Part shown: positions 25,928 to 37,547 of the stretch, piece after piece | Layout: the number at the start of each line of letters is the position of its first letter | Numbering within the stretch: the first letter of the stretch is position 1 | Assembly (NCBI GenBank): GCA_003158395.1 | Contig: PMIX01000081.1 | Span: 1 to 50,954 of the forward strand | DNA length: 50,954 nucleotides | Source of the DNA: Myxococcales bacterium | GTDB lineage: Bacteria > Myxococcota_A > Polyangia > Fen-1088 | Direction: 5' to 3' | Notes under the pieces: model-generated | Seen by the model: the letters and a program-made list of their open reading frames with translations, nothing else | Told to the model about the DNA's origin: nothing | The model's database searches: none | Made by a program: the position numbers and the translations under genes

Positions 25928-26487
25928 GAGTATGGTTTGGCATGATGCTTCGACGTCTATTTGCTCTTGCTGCCGCCCTGGGCGGGGCTCTCTCCATGGG
26001 GCTGCTGGTCGTGGCCTGCGCGACAGGCAGGCCCGAGCCGGACAGCCCAGCTCCCGTGGGCGAGCGGCCTGCGCCTATGGTTGCCGCATCCCCCTCGCCC
26101 TCCCCTGTGGCCGAGCCGCCACCTCCCGAGCCAGCTCGATGCACGGCATTCGCGAAACCGGGTGTGCTGAAGCGTTCGGCGGTGGTTCGTGTCGCCGACG
26201 CAGGTATCGGACGCTGGTTGGCCGGCGGTGCGGAAGTGGAACGAAAGATCGCCAAGAATCGTTTCCAGGGTTGGGAGATTCGTCGCCTCTATCCGGGTGA
26301 TCCTTGCTACGCCGCGGTCGACCTGCGGCCAAACGACGTGGTCAGGCAGGTGAACGGCAAGCCGATCGAGAAGCCCGAGCAGGCCTTCGATGTGCTGAGC
26401 AGCCTGCGTACGGCCTCCGAGTTGGTGGTGGACTTTCTGCGCGACGGTCAGCCGCGGAAGCTGACCCTTCAGATCGCCGACGAGTAG
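25924..26487 (+). CDS. lipoprotein with C-terminal PDZ-like (GspC-type) domain
   Basis: ATG 25924 overlaps the tmk stop (ATGA). MRVWFGMMLRRLFALAAALGGALSMGLLVVAC is a lipobox. PDZ-like block DLRPNDVVRQVNGKPIEKPEQAFDVLSSL. The track ORF 25648.. is over-extended into tmk. Confidence 0.65.
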   Translation: MRVWFGMMLRRLFALAAALGGALSMGLLVVACATGRPEPDSPAPVGERPAPMVAASPSPSPVAEPPPPEPARCTAFAKPGVLKRSAVVRVADAGIGRWLAGGAEVERKIAKNRFQGWEIRRLYPGDPCYAAVDLRPNDVVRQVNGKPIEKPEQAFDVLSSLRTASELVVDFLRDGQPRKLTLQIADE

Positions 26488-26502
26488 GATGACGGCATCA
26501 GT

Positions 26503-28581
26503 CTAGTGTCTCTTCTTGCCGCCCTTGCCCCGGTGAGGCGCCTTGGGTCTTGCTGGCTGTTTGTTGGACGCGGCTTCCTGACCGGCACCGCTGACCGCCC
26601 CACCAGAAATGGGCTTGGCGACGCCGAGTCCAGCCGCGGCCGGTCTCTTTTCAGGGGCAGTGGGCGTCGGCGCGGCTGCACGGACCGGCGACGTGGCCGC
26701 GGTGGTCGTCGGGATCGTCGGCGCGACGGGGACCGCAGCGGGCGCGGGCGGAGCGGCTGCCGTTGACGGGGCGCTAGGGGCCGCCGCCGCTGGCGGGAAG
26801 GTACGGGTCGGAGGCACGTTCTTGCCGGCCCTGCCCTTCATCATCATGGCAACCACGACAGCCAGGGCCACGAGCACCACCGCTGCGACGAGAAGGATGG
26901 CCATCCGCCGGCTGCGGCCAATCTCTTGCACCAGCTCTCGCTCGTTCATCTTCTCGCCGGGGATCGCGGCCACCGCCGCGGGCAAGGCCGTGGCAGTTCC
27001 TCCGGTCCGCAGGGAGAATTTCCTCCGATCTTCTGTGGTCACAGAGCCGTCATCGACGTAGCGATCTTCGAGCGGCCTCGCGTCGTCGGTGGGCAACTCG
27101 GCCTCGTCAGCTGGTTTGCCGGCGGCCACCTGCTTGGCCTTGGCGTCGGCCACCATCTGCTCGACGTCCCCCTTCTTGAACCAAAGCGTTTCGCGGAAGG
27201 CGGCGCCAGACTTGGGCGGTGGGGCCTTGCCAGCTTCCGCAGGCTTGATCGCGCCACCGCTCGGAACCGGTGTGGCTGACCGCTGCGCAGAGGACGCCTG
27301 CTGCACCGCCGGGGCCGGCTTGGGAGCCGGGCTTGCCACGCGAGGCGCAGCCGGCTGGGCGGCCGGCGCTACGGCAACCACAACGGGTTTAGCCCGCGCA
27401 GGTCGAACTGGGGCGGCGGGAGGCGCTGGCTCGGCTGCCATGGTGTCCATGACCGGGATCGCGGGATCGGCCGATGCCGCTGGCGCCTTCGGAGCGGGCC
27501 GGGTCGCGACCGTCTCGATGCGTGCCGGGGCCGGACGCTCGCCGCTGGCCGGTCTGGCAGCGTTGGCAGCCTTGGCATCGGCGACCATGCGCGATACTTC
27601 CGCCTGATTGCCGGCAAAGAGCATGGTCTTGGCCAACCCCACGTCGCCGCCGGCAGGCTTGGCCGCTCCACTGCTTGGGATCGCTGCCTTGACGCCCTCC
27701 AGCTCGGTTAGGAAAAGCCGCAGGGTCAGGTGGCGGCGGCTCGAACTCTTGTCCATCGCCTTGAGGATGAGGCGGTCGGCCTCGACCGAAATTCCTGCGT
27801 CAGGCCGTCGCTGGCTGGGCGGCAAGACCGGGGTTGAGACATGCATGTCAAGCACGGCCTGCGGCGTAGCGGCCTGGAAGGCAGCTTCGCCGGTCAGCAG
27901 GTGGTAGAAGATGGCCGCCAGGCTGTAGGTATTCGAACGCTGGTCAGCCGGCTTGCCCTGAGCCTGTTCGGGCGAAACATAGGCCGGGTCACCGGCCACT
28001 TTTTCAGTCACCGGAGGGGCCAGCGGAAAATTGATGACCTTTACGTCACCGGTCGGACCAACCAGGACGTTCCCGGGCGACACATCGCGATGGACCAAAC
28101 CGGCCTTCTGTGCCTCGAGAAGTGCCTGGCCCACCTGCCCGACCAAGGTCTTGGCGGTCTCGAGGTCGACCGGACCAGCCCGCAACACGCTCGCAAGCGA
28201 TTCGCCTGGGACGAGCTCCATGGCGACGTAAAGACGCTCGTCAGGCAGTCGGCCACAATCGATGATAGTAGCGACCCGTGGGCTGCCAACCCTCATCAAT
28301 TGCTTGAACTCTCGTTCGGCGCGGGATTGGGTAGCAGCCGAGCCCGGCACGGCAGAGTTTACTAGCTTGAGGGCGACCTCGGTCCCGGTCTGGCTGTCGC
28401 GCGCCCGCCACACCTCCCCTGTGCTGCCGCCCCCGATGCGCTCGATCGGCTTGAAGCGCGGCTCTGGTGCGTCAGGCACGGATTCGAGCCGCTGCGGGCC
28501 ATTTGCCGTGGCACACGTCTCCAGCGGACAGAAATTGGCGTCATCGGGGTACTTCGACTTGCAGATTGGGCAGGTTTTCAT
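26503..28581 (-). CDS. zinc-ribbon Ser/Thr kinase homologue (predicted pseudokinase) with Pro/Ala-rich region and C-terminal TM
   Basis: N-terminal CPICKSKYPDDANFCPLETC. Kinase fold with GGGSTGEV and VALK, but HRDVSPGN (Lys to Ser) and NFP in place of DFG. SPE is present. TM MAILLVAAVVLVALAVVVAMMM and a basic tail. Confidence 0.85.
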   Translation of the reverse strand: MKTCPICKSKYPDDANFCPLETCATANGPQRLESVPDAPEPRFKPIERIGGGSTGEVWRARDSQTGTEVALKLVNSAVPGSAATQSRAEREFKQLMRVGSPRVATIIDCGRLPDERLYVAMELVPGESLASVLRAGPVDLETAKTLVGQVGQALLEAQKAGLVHRDVSPGNVLVGPTGDVKVINFPLAPPVTEKVAGDPAYVSPEQAQGKPADQRSNTYSLAAIFYHLLTGEAAFQAATPQAVLDMHVSTPVLPPSQRRPDAGISVEADRLILKAMDKSSSRRHLTLRLFLTELEGVKAAIPSSGAAKPAGGDVGLAKTMLFAGNQAEVSRMVADAKAANAARPASGERPAPARIETVATRPAPKAPAASADPAIPVMDTMAAEPAPPAAPVRPARAKPVVVAVAPAAQPAAPRVASPAPKPAPAVQQASSAQRSATPVPSGGAIKPAEAGKAPPPKSGAAFRETLWFKKGDVEQMVADAKAKQVAAGKPADEAELPTDDARPLEDRYVDDGSVTTEDRRKFSLRTGGTATALPAAVAAIPGEKMNERELVQEIGRSRRMAILLVAAVVLVALAVVVAMMMKGRAGKNVPPTRTFPPAAAAPSAPSTAAAPPAPAAVPVAPTIPTTTAATSPVRAAAPTPTAPEKRPAAAGLGVAKPISGGAVSGAGQEAASNKQPARPKAPHRGKGGKKRH

Positions 28582-28736
28582 CCGGTACCTGGAGGTGAAG
28601 TCGCTCCACCCGCAAGGAACAATTCCTCAGCAGAAGCGAAGCGGGCGAATCCTAAGCCGAAGGCACCGGCGAAAGCAACAGGGGTTCCGCGCACCCGATC
28701 AGGACGCGCGGATAGGGTGCTGTCCCGCGTTGGGGG

Positions 28737-28904
28737 CTACTTGGTGGCCCTCTTGGGGGCAGGCTCGCCGGGAGCACCCATGCCTGCGAACAGGTCGGCC
28801 TCAGACTTCGTCGAGCGCGAGCTTTCCTTGTTCTTGCGCTTGCGTCCGGCGTTCGAGTGCCGCCGCTGCCGGCGCTTCCAGGTCTGACGACTGTTCGATG
28901 CCAT
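28737..28904 (-). CDS. small (55 aa) highly basic hypothetical protein
   Basis: MASNSRQTWKRRQRRHSNAGRKRKNKESSRS... The codons I wrote out are mostly G/C-ending, as in real genes here. No Shine-Dalgarno is visible. The longer track ORF (to 28979) is less plausible. Confidence 0.4.
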   Translation of the reverse strand: MASNSRQTWKRRQRRHSNAGRKRKNKESSRSTKSEADLFAGMGAPGEPAPKRATK

Positions 28905-29170
28905 GGGAGTGCTTGACTTAGCAGGGGAGAAGCGTGAGGTCAAATGTAGAAACGTCTCTGGAATGGGGCATCGCCCCAAAGCCTTCGGCCCCGGGAAAAG
29001 CGAGTGGAGCCGCCGCCTCGTCTGCAGGCATTGTCCCGAGCACCACTGCGAAGGCGCCGACCCACCGGCAAAGACTTGGTGAGAAAGATGAGCGCGTCAA
29101 GGTGGCCTCCTGTTCCGATTACTATAGTCGCCTGCGCGGGCCTAGAGACGCCAAATGGCTCCCCACGCGA

Positions 29171-31326
<2,156 letters not shown>

Positions 31327-31330
<4 letters not shown>

Positions 31331-31977
31331 GGCTTTTGGACAGCGACACGAACGGCTGCCTCGCGCAGCAGGGCCTGTGCCAGTGCATCGTTGCGGACAC
31401 GCGTGCAGCCGGCCGCCACGTAGATGGCGCGCAACTTGGCGTAGGCCTGGTCGAGTTTGTCGTTGACGACCAGGTAGTCGTATTCACCGTAGTGCGTGAG
31501 TTCTTCGTGGGCCGTGGCCAGTCGGCGCTCGATGACGTCGCTGGCGTCAGTTGCCCGCTGTCGCAGGCGGCGCTCCAGCTCCTTCATCGACGGGGGCAAG
31601 ACGAAGCACAGCACGCTGTTCTGGGGCCACAGGTGGCGAATCTGGCGGCCACCCTGGTAGTCGATGTCGAAGAGGCAATCCACGCCCTCGGCGAGTGAGG
31701 CGTCCACCGTCGCTCGGCTGGTTCCGTAGTGGTTGCCATGCACGATCGCCCATTCGGCGAACTCGTGACCTTCGACCATCTGGGCGAAGCGGGCATGGCT
31801 CACGAAGTGGTAGTCTTTCCCTTGGACCTCGTCCTTGCGCGGCTCGCGGGTGGTGTACGAGACGGAAAAGCGAAGGTCGAACTCCCCGGCCAGCCGCCGT
31901 GCCAGCGTGGTCTTGCCGGCGCCCGACGGCGAGGAGATGACCAGCAGGAGGCCGTGGCTGCTATCAGGTAACCTCAT
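31327..31977 (-). CDS. gmk: guanylate kinase
   Basis: SSPSGAGKTT P-loop, YTTREPR, GKDYHFV and AEWAIVHGNHYGTS. ATG 31977 chosen; the track start 32028 (GTG, overlapping the yicC stop) remains possible. Confidence 0.9.
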
Positions 31978-32024
31978 ATCTCCATTCTTTCTGGCCAAGC
32001 GGGGTCTCGTCGAATACAGGATGA

Positions 32025-32918
32025 TCACTCGATATTCTGGGCTTGCTCGCGCAGTTTCTCCAATTCCGCCTTGCTGGCGACGACCAGGGCGGCGATGGGG
32101 GCGTCCTGGACCTTGGATCCGATGGTGTTGATTTCGCGACCAAGCTCCTGCACAAGGAAGTCTATCTTGCGTCCCACGGCCTCGGGCGCAGTTGCGGCGA
32201 AAAGATCGCCCAGGTGATCGAGATGCGTGCGCAAGCGGACCAGCTCCTCCGATACGTCGAGCTTTTCCGCCAGCAGGGCCACCTCCTGAGCCAGCCTCCC
32301 CGGATCGAGGACGGCGGTGCTGGTCGCTACCGTAGCCAACCGTTCTTCCAGCTTGCGGGCCGCGCGGGTGGGCAGGCCTGCGGCGGCCTGGGCGATCTTT
32401 GCCGCCAGCCCCTGCAGACGATCGAGCCGCTGGCGCAGATCGGCGGAGAGCACGGCCCCCTCGCGGGCCCGCATGGCTTGGTGTTCCTGCAGAGCCTGCT
32501 CCATCGCGGGCCGCACGGCGTCCCAGGTCAAATCGTCGCGCCGGACGCGGCGGGCCGCCGGGCCAGCCAAGAATGCGGCCACGGTGGCCAAATCGACTGG
32601 CTGGGCCAGGCCCAGTTCGCGGCGCAGGGTCTCGAGAATCGCATGCGCCTGGCGGATGACCGAAGGATCGATGAGAGCCTCCGGCGCCTCGATGCCCTCC
32701 TCCCAGATGGTGACGCTCACCGTGCCGCGCACGACTTGCGCGCGGACCGCGCGCACAATTTCCGTCTCCACGGCTGCCGGAATGTCCCCATCGCGACCGC
32801 GCACTTTGACGTCGCTGCCGCGGCTGTTGAGTGAACGGATCTCAACCATCAGACGCCGGGCGCCGGTTGCGGCAATCCCCCGCCCGAACCCGGTCATGCT
32901 CAGCAGGCAGGCGCTCAT
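32025..32918 (-). CDS. yicC: YicC/YloC family stress-induced protein
   Basis: SMTGFGRG N-terminus and C-terminal DUF1732-type motif EELVRLRTHLDHL...GRKIDFLVQELGREINTIGSK. ATG 32918 overlaps the upstream stop (ATGA); the track start is 32945. Confidence 0.85.
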   Translation of the reverse strand: MSACLLSMTGFGRGIAATGARRLMVEIRSLNSRGSDVKVRGRDGDIPAAVETEIVRAVRAQVVRGTVSVTIWEEGIEAPEALIDPSVIRQAHAILETLRRELGLAQPVDLATVAAFLAGPAARRVRRDDLTWDAVRPAMEQALQEHQAMRAREGAVLSADLRQRLDRLQGLAAKIAQAAAGLPTRAARKLEERLATVATSTAVLDPGRLAQEVALLAEKLDVSEELVRLRTHLDHLGDLFAATAPEAVGRKIDFLVQELGREINTIGSKVQDAPIAALVVASKAELEKLREQAQNIE

Positions 32919-33862
32919 GGCGTCGACGTGCGCTGGCGGAACCACGCCAGGGTCCGCGTCAGCCCGGCGGGAAAGCTAACCGCACCTGTGTAGCCGAGCA
33001 CGGCCTTGGCCTGGGAAATATCGGCCAGCGAGTGACGGACATCGCCAGGCCGAGACGGCTCGTAGTGGGCAGCGACGGGCCGGCCCAAGGCGTCGCCGAG
33101 CAAGGCGAGAACGCGATTCAGGCTGGTGCCGGATCCGCACGCAATGTTGAAGACCTTGCCTGATGCAGCGTCGGCATCTGCGGCCCGCAGATTTGCCTCC
33201 ACCACGTTGTCGATGAAACAGAAGTCACGTGATTGTTCGCCGTCGCCGTAGACGGTGGGTAGGCGGCTGTCCAGGGCAGCCGTGATGAAGCGCGGGATCA
33301 CCGCTGCATACTGCGAGGTCGGATCCTGGCGCGGCCCGAACACGTTGAAGTAGCGCAGGATCACAGCCTCGACGCCGAACACCCGCGCGTAGACCCGACA
33401 GTAGTGCTCACCCGCCAGCTTGGACACCGCGTAGGGCGACAGCGGCGCGGGCGCCATGGTTTCGACCACCGGGAGGCTAGGCGGCTCGCCGTAGGCCGAT
33501 GACGAGCCGGCATAGACCACGCGCCGAACGCGGCGACGACGTGCGGCCTCCAACACATTGAGCGTTCCGGTCGCGTTGGCGGTATGGCTGGCAAGTGGCG
33601 CAGCCAATGAACGCGGTACCGAGGGGATCGCGGCCTCGTGAAACACGGTGTCCGCGCCCGCGAAGACCCGGTCCAGCAAGGCCGCGTCGAGAATGTCCCC
33701 TTCGACGACGGCAAGGGCGCTGGCCAGGTCCTGTAGATTCTCGCGCTTGCCTGAGGAGAAGTTGTCGAGCACCGAGACGTCATCGCCCCGTGCAACCAGG
33801 GCGCGCGCGAGCGCGGATCCAATGAATCCGGCGCCTCCGGTAATGACGATTTTCTTGGACAT
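32915..33862 (-). CDS. SDR-family NAD-dependent sugar epimerase/dehydratase
   Basis: MSKKIVITGGAGFIGSAL, LDNFSSGKRENL and YAVSKLAGE (YxxxK). The track ORF is extended to 33970; ATG 33862 is preferred. Confidence 0.85.
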   Translation of the reverse strand: MSKKIVITGGAGFIGSALARALVARGDDVSVLDNFSSGKRENLQDLASALAVVEGDILDAALLDRVFAGADTVFHEAAIPSVPRSLAAPLASHTANATGTLNVLEAARRRRVRRVVYAGSSSAYGEPPSLPVVETMAPAPLSPYAVSKLAGEHYCRVYARVFGVEAVILRYFNVFGPRQDPTSQYAAVIPRFITAALDSRLPTVYGDGEQSRDFCFIDNVVEANLRAADADAASGKVFNIACGSGTSLNRVLALLGDALGRPVAAHYEPSRPGDVRHSLADISQAKAVLGYTGAVSFPAGLTRTLAWFRQRTSTP

Positions 33863-33896
33863 GCGACTTGAGGTGGCTCGACAGGAGAAGAGTTCT

Positions 33897-35042
33897 TTAG
33901 CGTGTTTTCCTCGCCGGGGACAGGGCTTTGCTTGCTGCGGATGGGGAAGCGGGGAAAGGCAGTCCATCAAGGCCGGCGCCGTAGCGGGCGTCGAGGAAGA
34001 ATCCCTTGCCCTTTCGCGCCCAGACGCGGATGCGGGCTAGGCCCTGCGAATCGGCTTCATCGCGCGCAGAAAAGCCGCAGGCTGTGTCCGTGACTACGCG
34101 GGTGGCTGGTGCCACGCCCGCCGCGGTCAAGAGGACGCGGTGGACGTTGGCAGAAGAGCGACGCTGGATCGCGCCGATCGGCTCCAGTTTTTGGCCGTCG
34201 AAGCGGAAATCTTCCAACCCAGCCTCGGGCCGGGCCACTTCCATTTCGACTGCGCCAGGGCCGGAAAACCACATGGTTAGCTGCCGCACATCTCCGGGAA
34301 ACGCGACGACCGGCCCCAGCGTCATGTTGGGAAGGTCGAGCTGTCGCACGCCGAGTCCGCGCAAGAGGTCCGGCTGACCGGGCGTGCGCACCAGCCGGCC
34401 CCCGCGCAGGAACACGATTCGGCGACCGTCCGGCGATCCTGCGAAGGCCAGCACGCGCCCATCCTCGGCCGTGATAGGAAGGTAGCGTCCTGAGCGCGGC
34501 AGCCACGCGTAGATCTCCTGGTTCATCCCCAGCACCAAGACCCCCTGCCCTTCCAACTTGACCGGAGGCTGGCTGCGCGCCACGAACAAGAATCCTGTCT
34601 GCGCGGGCCTGCCCCACTCCGTCGATGCTTCGGATAGGGCCGAGCGCAGCTTGGCCAGCAACGGGGGTCGAATCTGCAGCGCCCCGAGATCAGCTGCTTC
34701 CATGACCTCGCGGGCCCCAGGAATGTAGGCATGGTGTATCAAGGCCACCGCCTCATCTGTCGCGTTGGCAAAGCGCTCTTCCCTCGCGTAGGCACAAGCC
34801 AGGTTGAGCCAAGGGGCGAGAAAATCGGGGTCAACCTGCTTGGCCAGCACGTACTTTGCGCGAGCCTCGGCGAAACGACCAGCGCGGTACAGGACCTTGC
34901 CCTCGCGGTTGAGATCCATGGCCTCTTGCGGTGGCAAGCGTGCGACCTGGCCTTGTCCGGGACCGTTGGCGTCCGGCGCGGCCGCGGGACAGGCCAGAAG
35001 GAGTAGGCAGCCGCCAGCAAGCCCAATCACGGATCGACCCAC
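33897..35042 (-). CDS. lipoprotein with one TPR-like unit and a beta-rich C-terminal region (hypothetical)
   Basis: GTG start. MGRSVIGLAGGCLLLLAC is a lipobox. GKVLYRAGRFAEARAKYVLAKQVDPDF is TPR-like. Confidence 0.65.
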   Translation of the reverse strand: MGRSVIGLAGGCLLLLACPAAAPDANGPGQGQVARLPPQEAMDLNREGKVLYRAGRFAEARAKYVLAKQVDPDFLAPWLNLACAYAREERFANATDEAVALIHHAYIPGAREVMEAADLGALQIRPPLLAKLRSALSEASTEWGRPAQTGFLFVARSQPPVKLEGQGVLVLGMNQEIYAWLPRSGRYLPITAEDGRVLAFAGSPDGRRIVFLRGGRLVRTPGQPDLLRGLGVRQLDLPNMTLGPVVAFPGDVRQLTMWFSGPGAVEMEVARPEAGLEDFRFDGQKLEPIGAIQRRSSANVHRVLLTAAGVAPATRVVTDTACGFSARDEADSQGLARIRVWARKGKGFFLDARYGAGLDGLPFPASPSAASKALSPARKTR

Positions 35043-36706
35043 ACTGACCGCAGATCCAAGCGATCGCCCACGCCCGCCAAGCCATGGACCCGTTTTGCCA
35101 CGAGCGCGGGGACGTCGTGACGGTAGAGAAAGATAACGGGTCGTTCACTGGCCAGCCACTCGCCGACTTGCTGCAAAGCCGGCACGCGCGCCGCAGGCCC
35201 TGGCGCCAGGCGCACTTGGTCGAGCAAGGACTGCAGATGCTCTGAGCGATACCCGCTGAAACTGACCTGGCCCTGGCTGCCAAAAAGGGGCCGCGGATCC
35301 TCGTCCCGCCGGCCCTCCCAGGTCAGAGTCGCCAGGTCGAAATCCCCGTGGTCCAGACGAGCCTGCAAGGTACCCGCGTCGACCGTGACGGTGTCGAGCA
35401 GGAGACCCGCCCGACGAAGATCGAGAGCAAACGCGCGCACTTCGGCGGCCAGGCTACGGGCTCCGGCGGGAAGCAGAAAAGTCAGGCGGATGGGCACTCC
35501 GCCCACGTCGCGCACTCCGTCTCCATCGGTGTCGCGGAACCCGGCGGTTTCCAGCAAAGAAATGGCCTTCTTGCGATCCAATAGGTCGGGGGGAACCTCG
35601 GCGAATGTGGGCGCGCCGATAGGACGCGCCAGGCCGTGGTGGACCTCATCGGCGAAACGCGCCCGATCCCACAGCAAGCTAAGCGCCTGGCGGAAACGGG
35701 CATCGCCGAGCGGACCGCGCCGGTGGTTGGGCACGACGAACGAAGTGCGATCCGGTGTGAGCCACCACAGCTCCAAGGCGTCCCGCAGGGTGGCTGGCGC
35801 CACCTGCTCAGGGTAGAGCACGTCGAGTACGTGCGGCAGGATGTCGATTTCGCCCCGTCGGGTGCGGACCAGTGCCCGAGATCCATCACCGTCGATCTCG
35901 AACACGATCTCGTCCAGAAACGGCGGCCGCGGCCGCTCGGCGGGACGGCTGCGCACCAGTCGAATGCGCTTGCCGTGCTCCCAAGAAGAGAAACGGAACG
36001 GGCCAGTCCCGACAGGCTGGCGTCCCAATTGGGTGGCCGCCGAACCCGCCTTGCGCAGGCTTTCGGCGGGCAAAATGGGGATCTCACACAGGGCACGCAG
36101 AACCAAGTCTGACGGCCGGCGCAGACGGAAGCGCGCCCGCTCAGGCAGCACGTCCACACCCTCGACGTCTTCCAGCATGGCATGAAAAACGGATTGGCGG
36201 CTGGCTGCGCGCAGGAGCGGCTCGAAGGTGGCTTGGACATCCATACCTGAAACCACACCGTCGTCATGCCAGCGCGCGCCGCTGCGCAACTTGACGGTGA
36301 TGCGCTCGCCGTCCGGTGAGACATCCCAGCTCTCGGCCAGTCCTGCCCGATATTGGTTCTCCCGACACTCGATCAGGGTTTCATAGACCAGGCCGCCCAC
36401 CACGCGCTGGATGACCTGAAGCTGGTCCTGCAGCGGGTTGAGGTGCGGCGGCTCGGCCTCCAGGTGGACATGAAGCGTCCCGCCATAGGGATCCCGTCGG
36501 GAGGGCGCTGGGGCGATCTCGGGCAGTTTGACGCCGGACGGTGAGCGGGCGGCGCGAGGGGGGCTGGGAGCGCCCCCGTCATCATGGGCCGTCGTGCCTG
36601 CCGGCCGGCGTGCGCTGTCGTGGTGCCGGGTGCAGGCGACGCAGGCCAGCGGCCCCAGCAACATCATGAGGGCGGCTGTCAGGGCTTGTGGCCCGCAAAC
36701 GCCCAT
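35027..36706 (-). CDS. ABC transporter substrate-binding protein, family 5 (peptide/nickel type), lipoprotein
   Basis: GGTLHVHLEAEPPHLNP..., ETLIE...AGLAESWDVSPDGERITVKLRSGARWHDD is typical of SBP_bac_5. ATG 36706 gives MGVCGPQALTAALMMLLGPLACVAC. The track start 36790 would overlap the divergent gene. Confidence 0.8.
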   Translation of the reverse strand: MGVCGPQALTAALMMLLGPLACVACTRHHDSARRPAGTTAHDDGGAPSPPRAARSPSGVKLPEIAPAPSRRDPYGGTLHVHLEAEPPHLNPLQDQLQVIQRVVGGLVYETLIECRENQYRAGLAESWDVSPDGERITVKLRSGARWHDDGVVSGMDVQATFEPLLRAASRQSVFHAMLEDVEGVDVLPERARFRLRRPSDLVLRALCEIPILPAESLRKAGSAATQLGRQPVGTGPFRFSSWEHGKRIRLVRSRPAERPRPPFLDEIVFEIDGDGSRALVRTRRGEIDILPHVLDVLYPEQVAPATLRDALELWWLTPDRTSFVVPNHRRGPLGDARFRQALSLLWDRARFADEVHHGLARPIGAPTFAEVPPDLLDRKKAISLLETAGFRDTDGDGVRDVGGVPIRLTFLLPAGARSLAAEVRAFALDLRRAGLLLDTVTVDAGTLQARLDHGDFDLATLTWEGRRDEDPRPLFGSQGQVSFSGYRSEHLQSLLDQVRLAPGPAARVPALQQVGEWLASERPVIFLYRHDVPALVAKRVHGLAGVGDRLDLRSVWVDP

Positions 36707-36773
36707 GTTATGCAGGAACCTCACGTATGGGCCGCGTAGTCGGCGGCCGTTGGCCTTCGAAGAGGGGAAACTC

Positions 36774-37541
36774 ATGCTCCGAATCTCCATGGTATCGTTT
36801 TTCGCGATGGCTTCCCTGGCGTCAGGTGCGGCTCTGGCTCAGGGCCAGGCTCTGCCGCCGATGAAGGTCAACCTGCCGCCTTCACCCAGTTTTAATGTGT
36901 CGAGTGCGCCGGTCCAGTATCCGACCGGCGAGGTGTCGGTGTTTGGTCTGCGCAAGCAGAAAGACAAGTACATGGACAAGGACGTGCGGGTCAAAGCCTA
37001 TCTGACTGAGGTCTACGAGTGCCCGCCCGAGTTGCGCAAGTGCAACGACGCGCTCTTCGAGAAGCAGAAGGCCGAGAAGAAGAAGGCCATGAAGAAGGGA
37101 GGCGACGCCCTGACAGCGCCGGTCGCGGTTGACCGGGCAGGTTGCCGGCCTTGCGACCAGCCGCACTTTTTCGTCGCGGATAGTCCGGGCACCAAGCGCG
37201 AACGCGCGCTTCTGGTGGCCGACTACCCCATCAAGGACTGGGACACCGGCGATCTCAAGCCACTGACCGTCAAGCCGGGCGAACAGGTCATTGTGACTGG
37301 CACCTTCTCCATCAACTCGATCACCGGGTTTGCCGCGTCCAACGGGCTTATCATCCACAAGAAATTGCAGGATCTGCAAGGCAAGGTACTGGCCGAGGGC
37401 AATGCGGTCCTGCCCCCCGAGGCGCAGAACATCCAACTCGAAGGCCAGTCGCCTGAGGTGGTGGGCTGGGCCGCGCACCAGAAGGGCGGCGAGAGCCAAC
37501 CCAAGGGCGACAAGTCGGTTCCGGGCGGGAAGAAGAAGTAG
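36774..37541 (+). CDS. secreted hypothetical protein with Lys-rich segments
   Basis: ATG 36774 follows GAGGGG. Signal MLRISMVSFFAMASLASGAALAQG. The track ORF 36528.. is over-extended. Confidence 0.6.
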   Translation: MLRISMVSFFAMASLASGAALAQGQALPPMKVNLPPSPSFNVSSAPVQYPTGEVSVFGLRKQKDKYMDKDVRVKAYLTEVYECPPELRKCNDALFEKQKAEKKKAMKKGGDALTAPVAVDRAGCRPCDQPHFFVADSPGTKRERALLVADYPIKDWDTGDLKPLTVKPGEQVIVTGTFSINSITGFAASNGLIIHKKLQDLQGKVLAEGNAVLPPEAQNIQLEGQSPEVVGWAAHQKGGESQPKGDKSVPGGKKK

Positions 37542-37547
37542 AACCTG

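Noticed and set aside
28955-28975. ggggc-atc-gcccc hairpin downstream of rel
   Set aside because: It has a 5-bp stem and 3-nt loop, lies about 200 nt from the rel stop, has no U-tract, and falls inside the proposed promoter region of the small ORF. Not convincing as a terminator.
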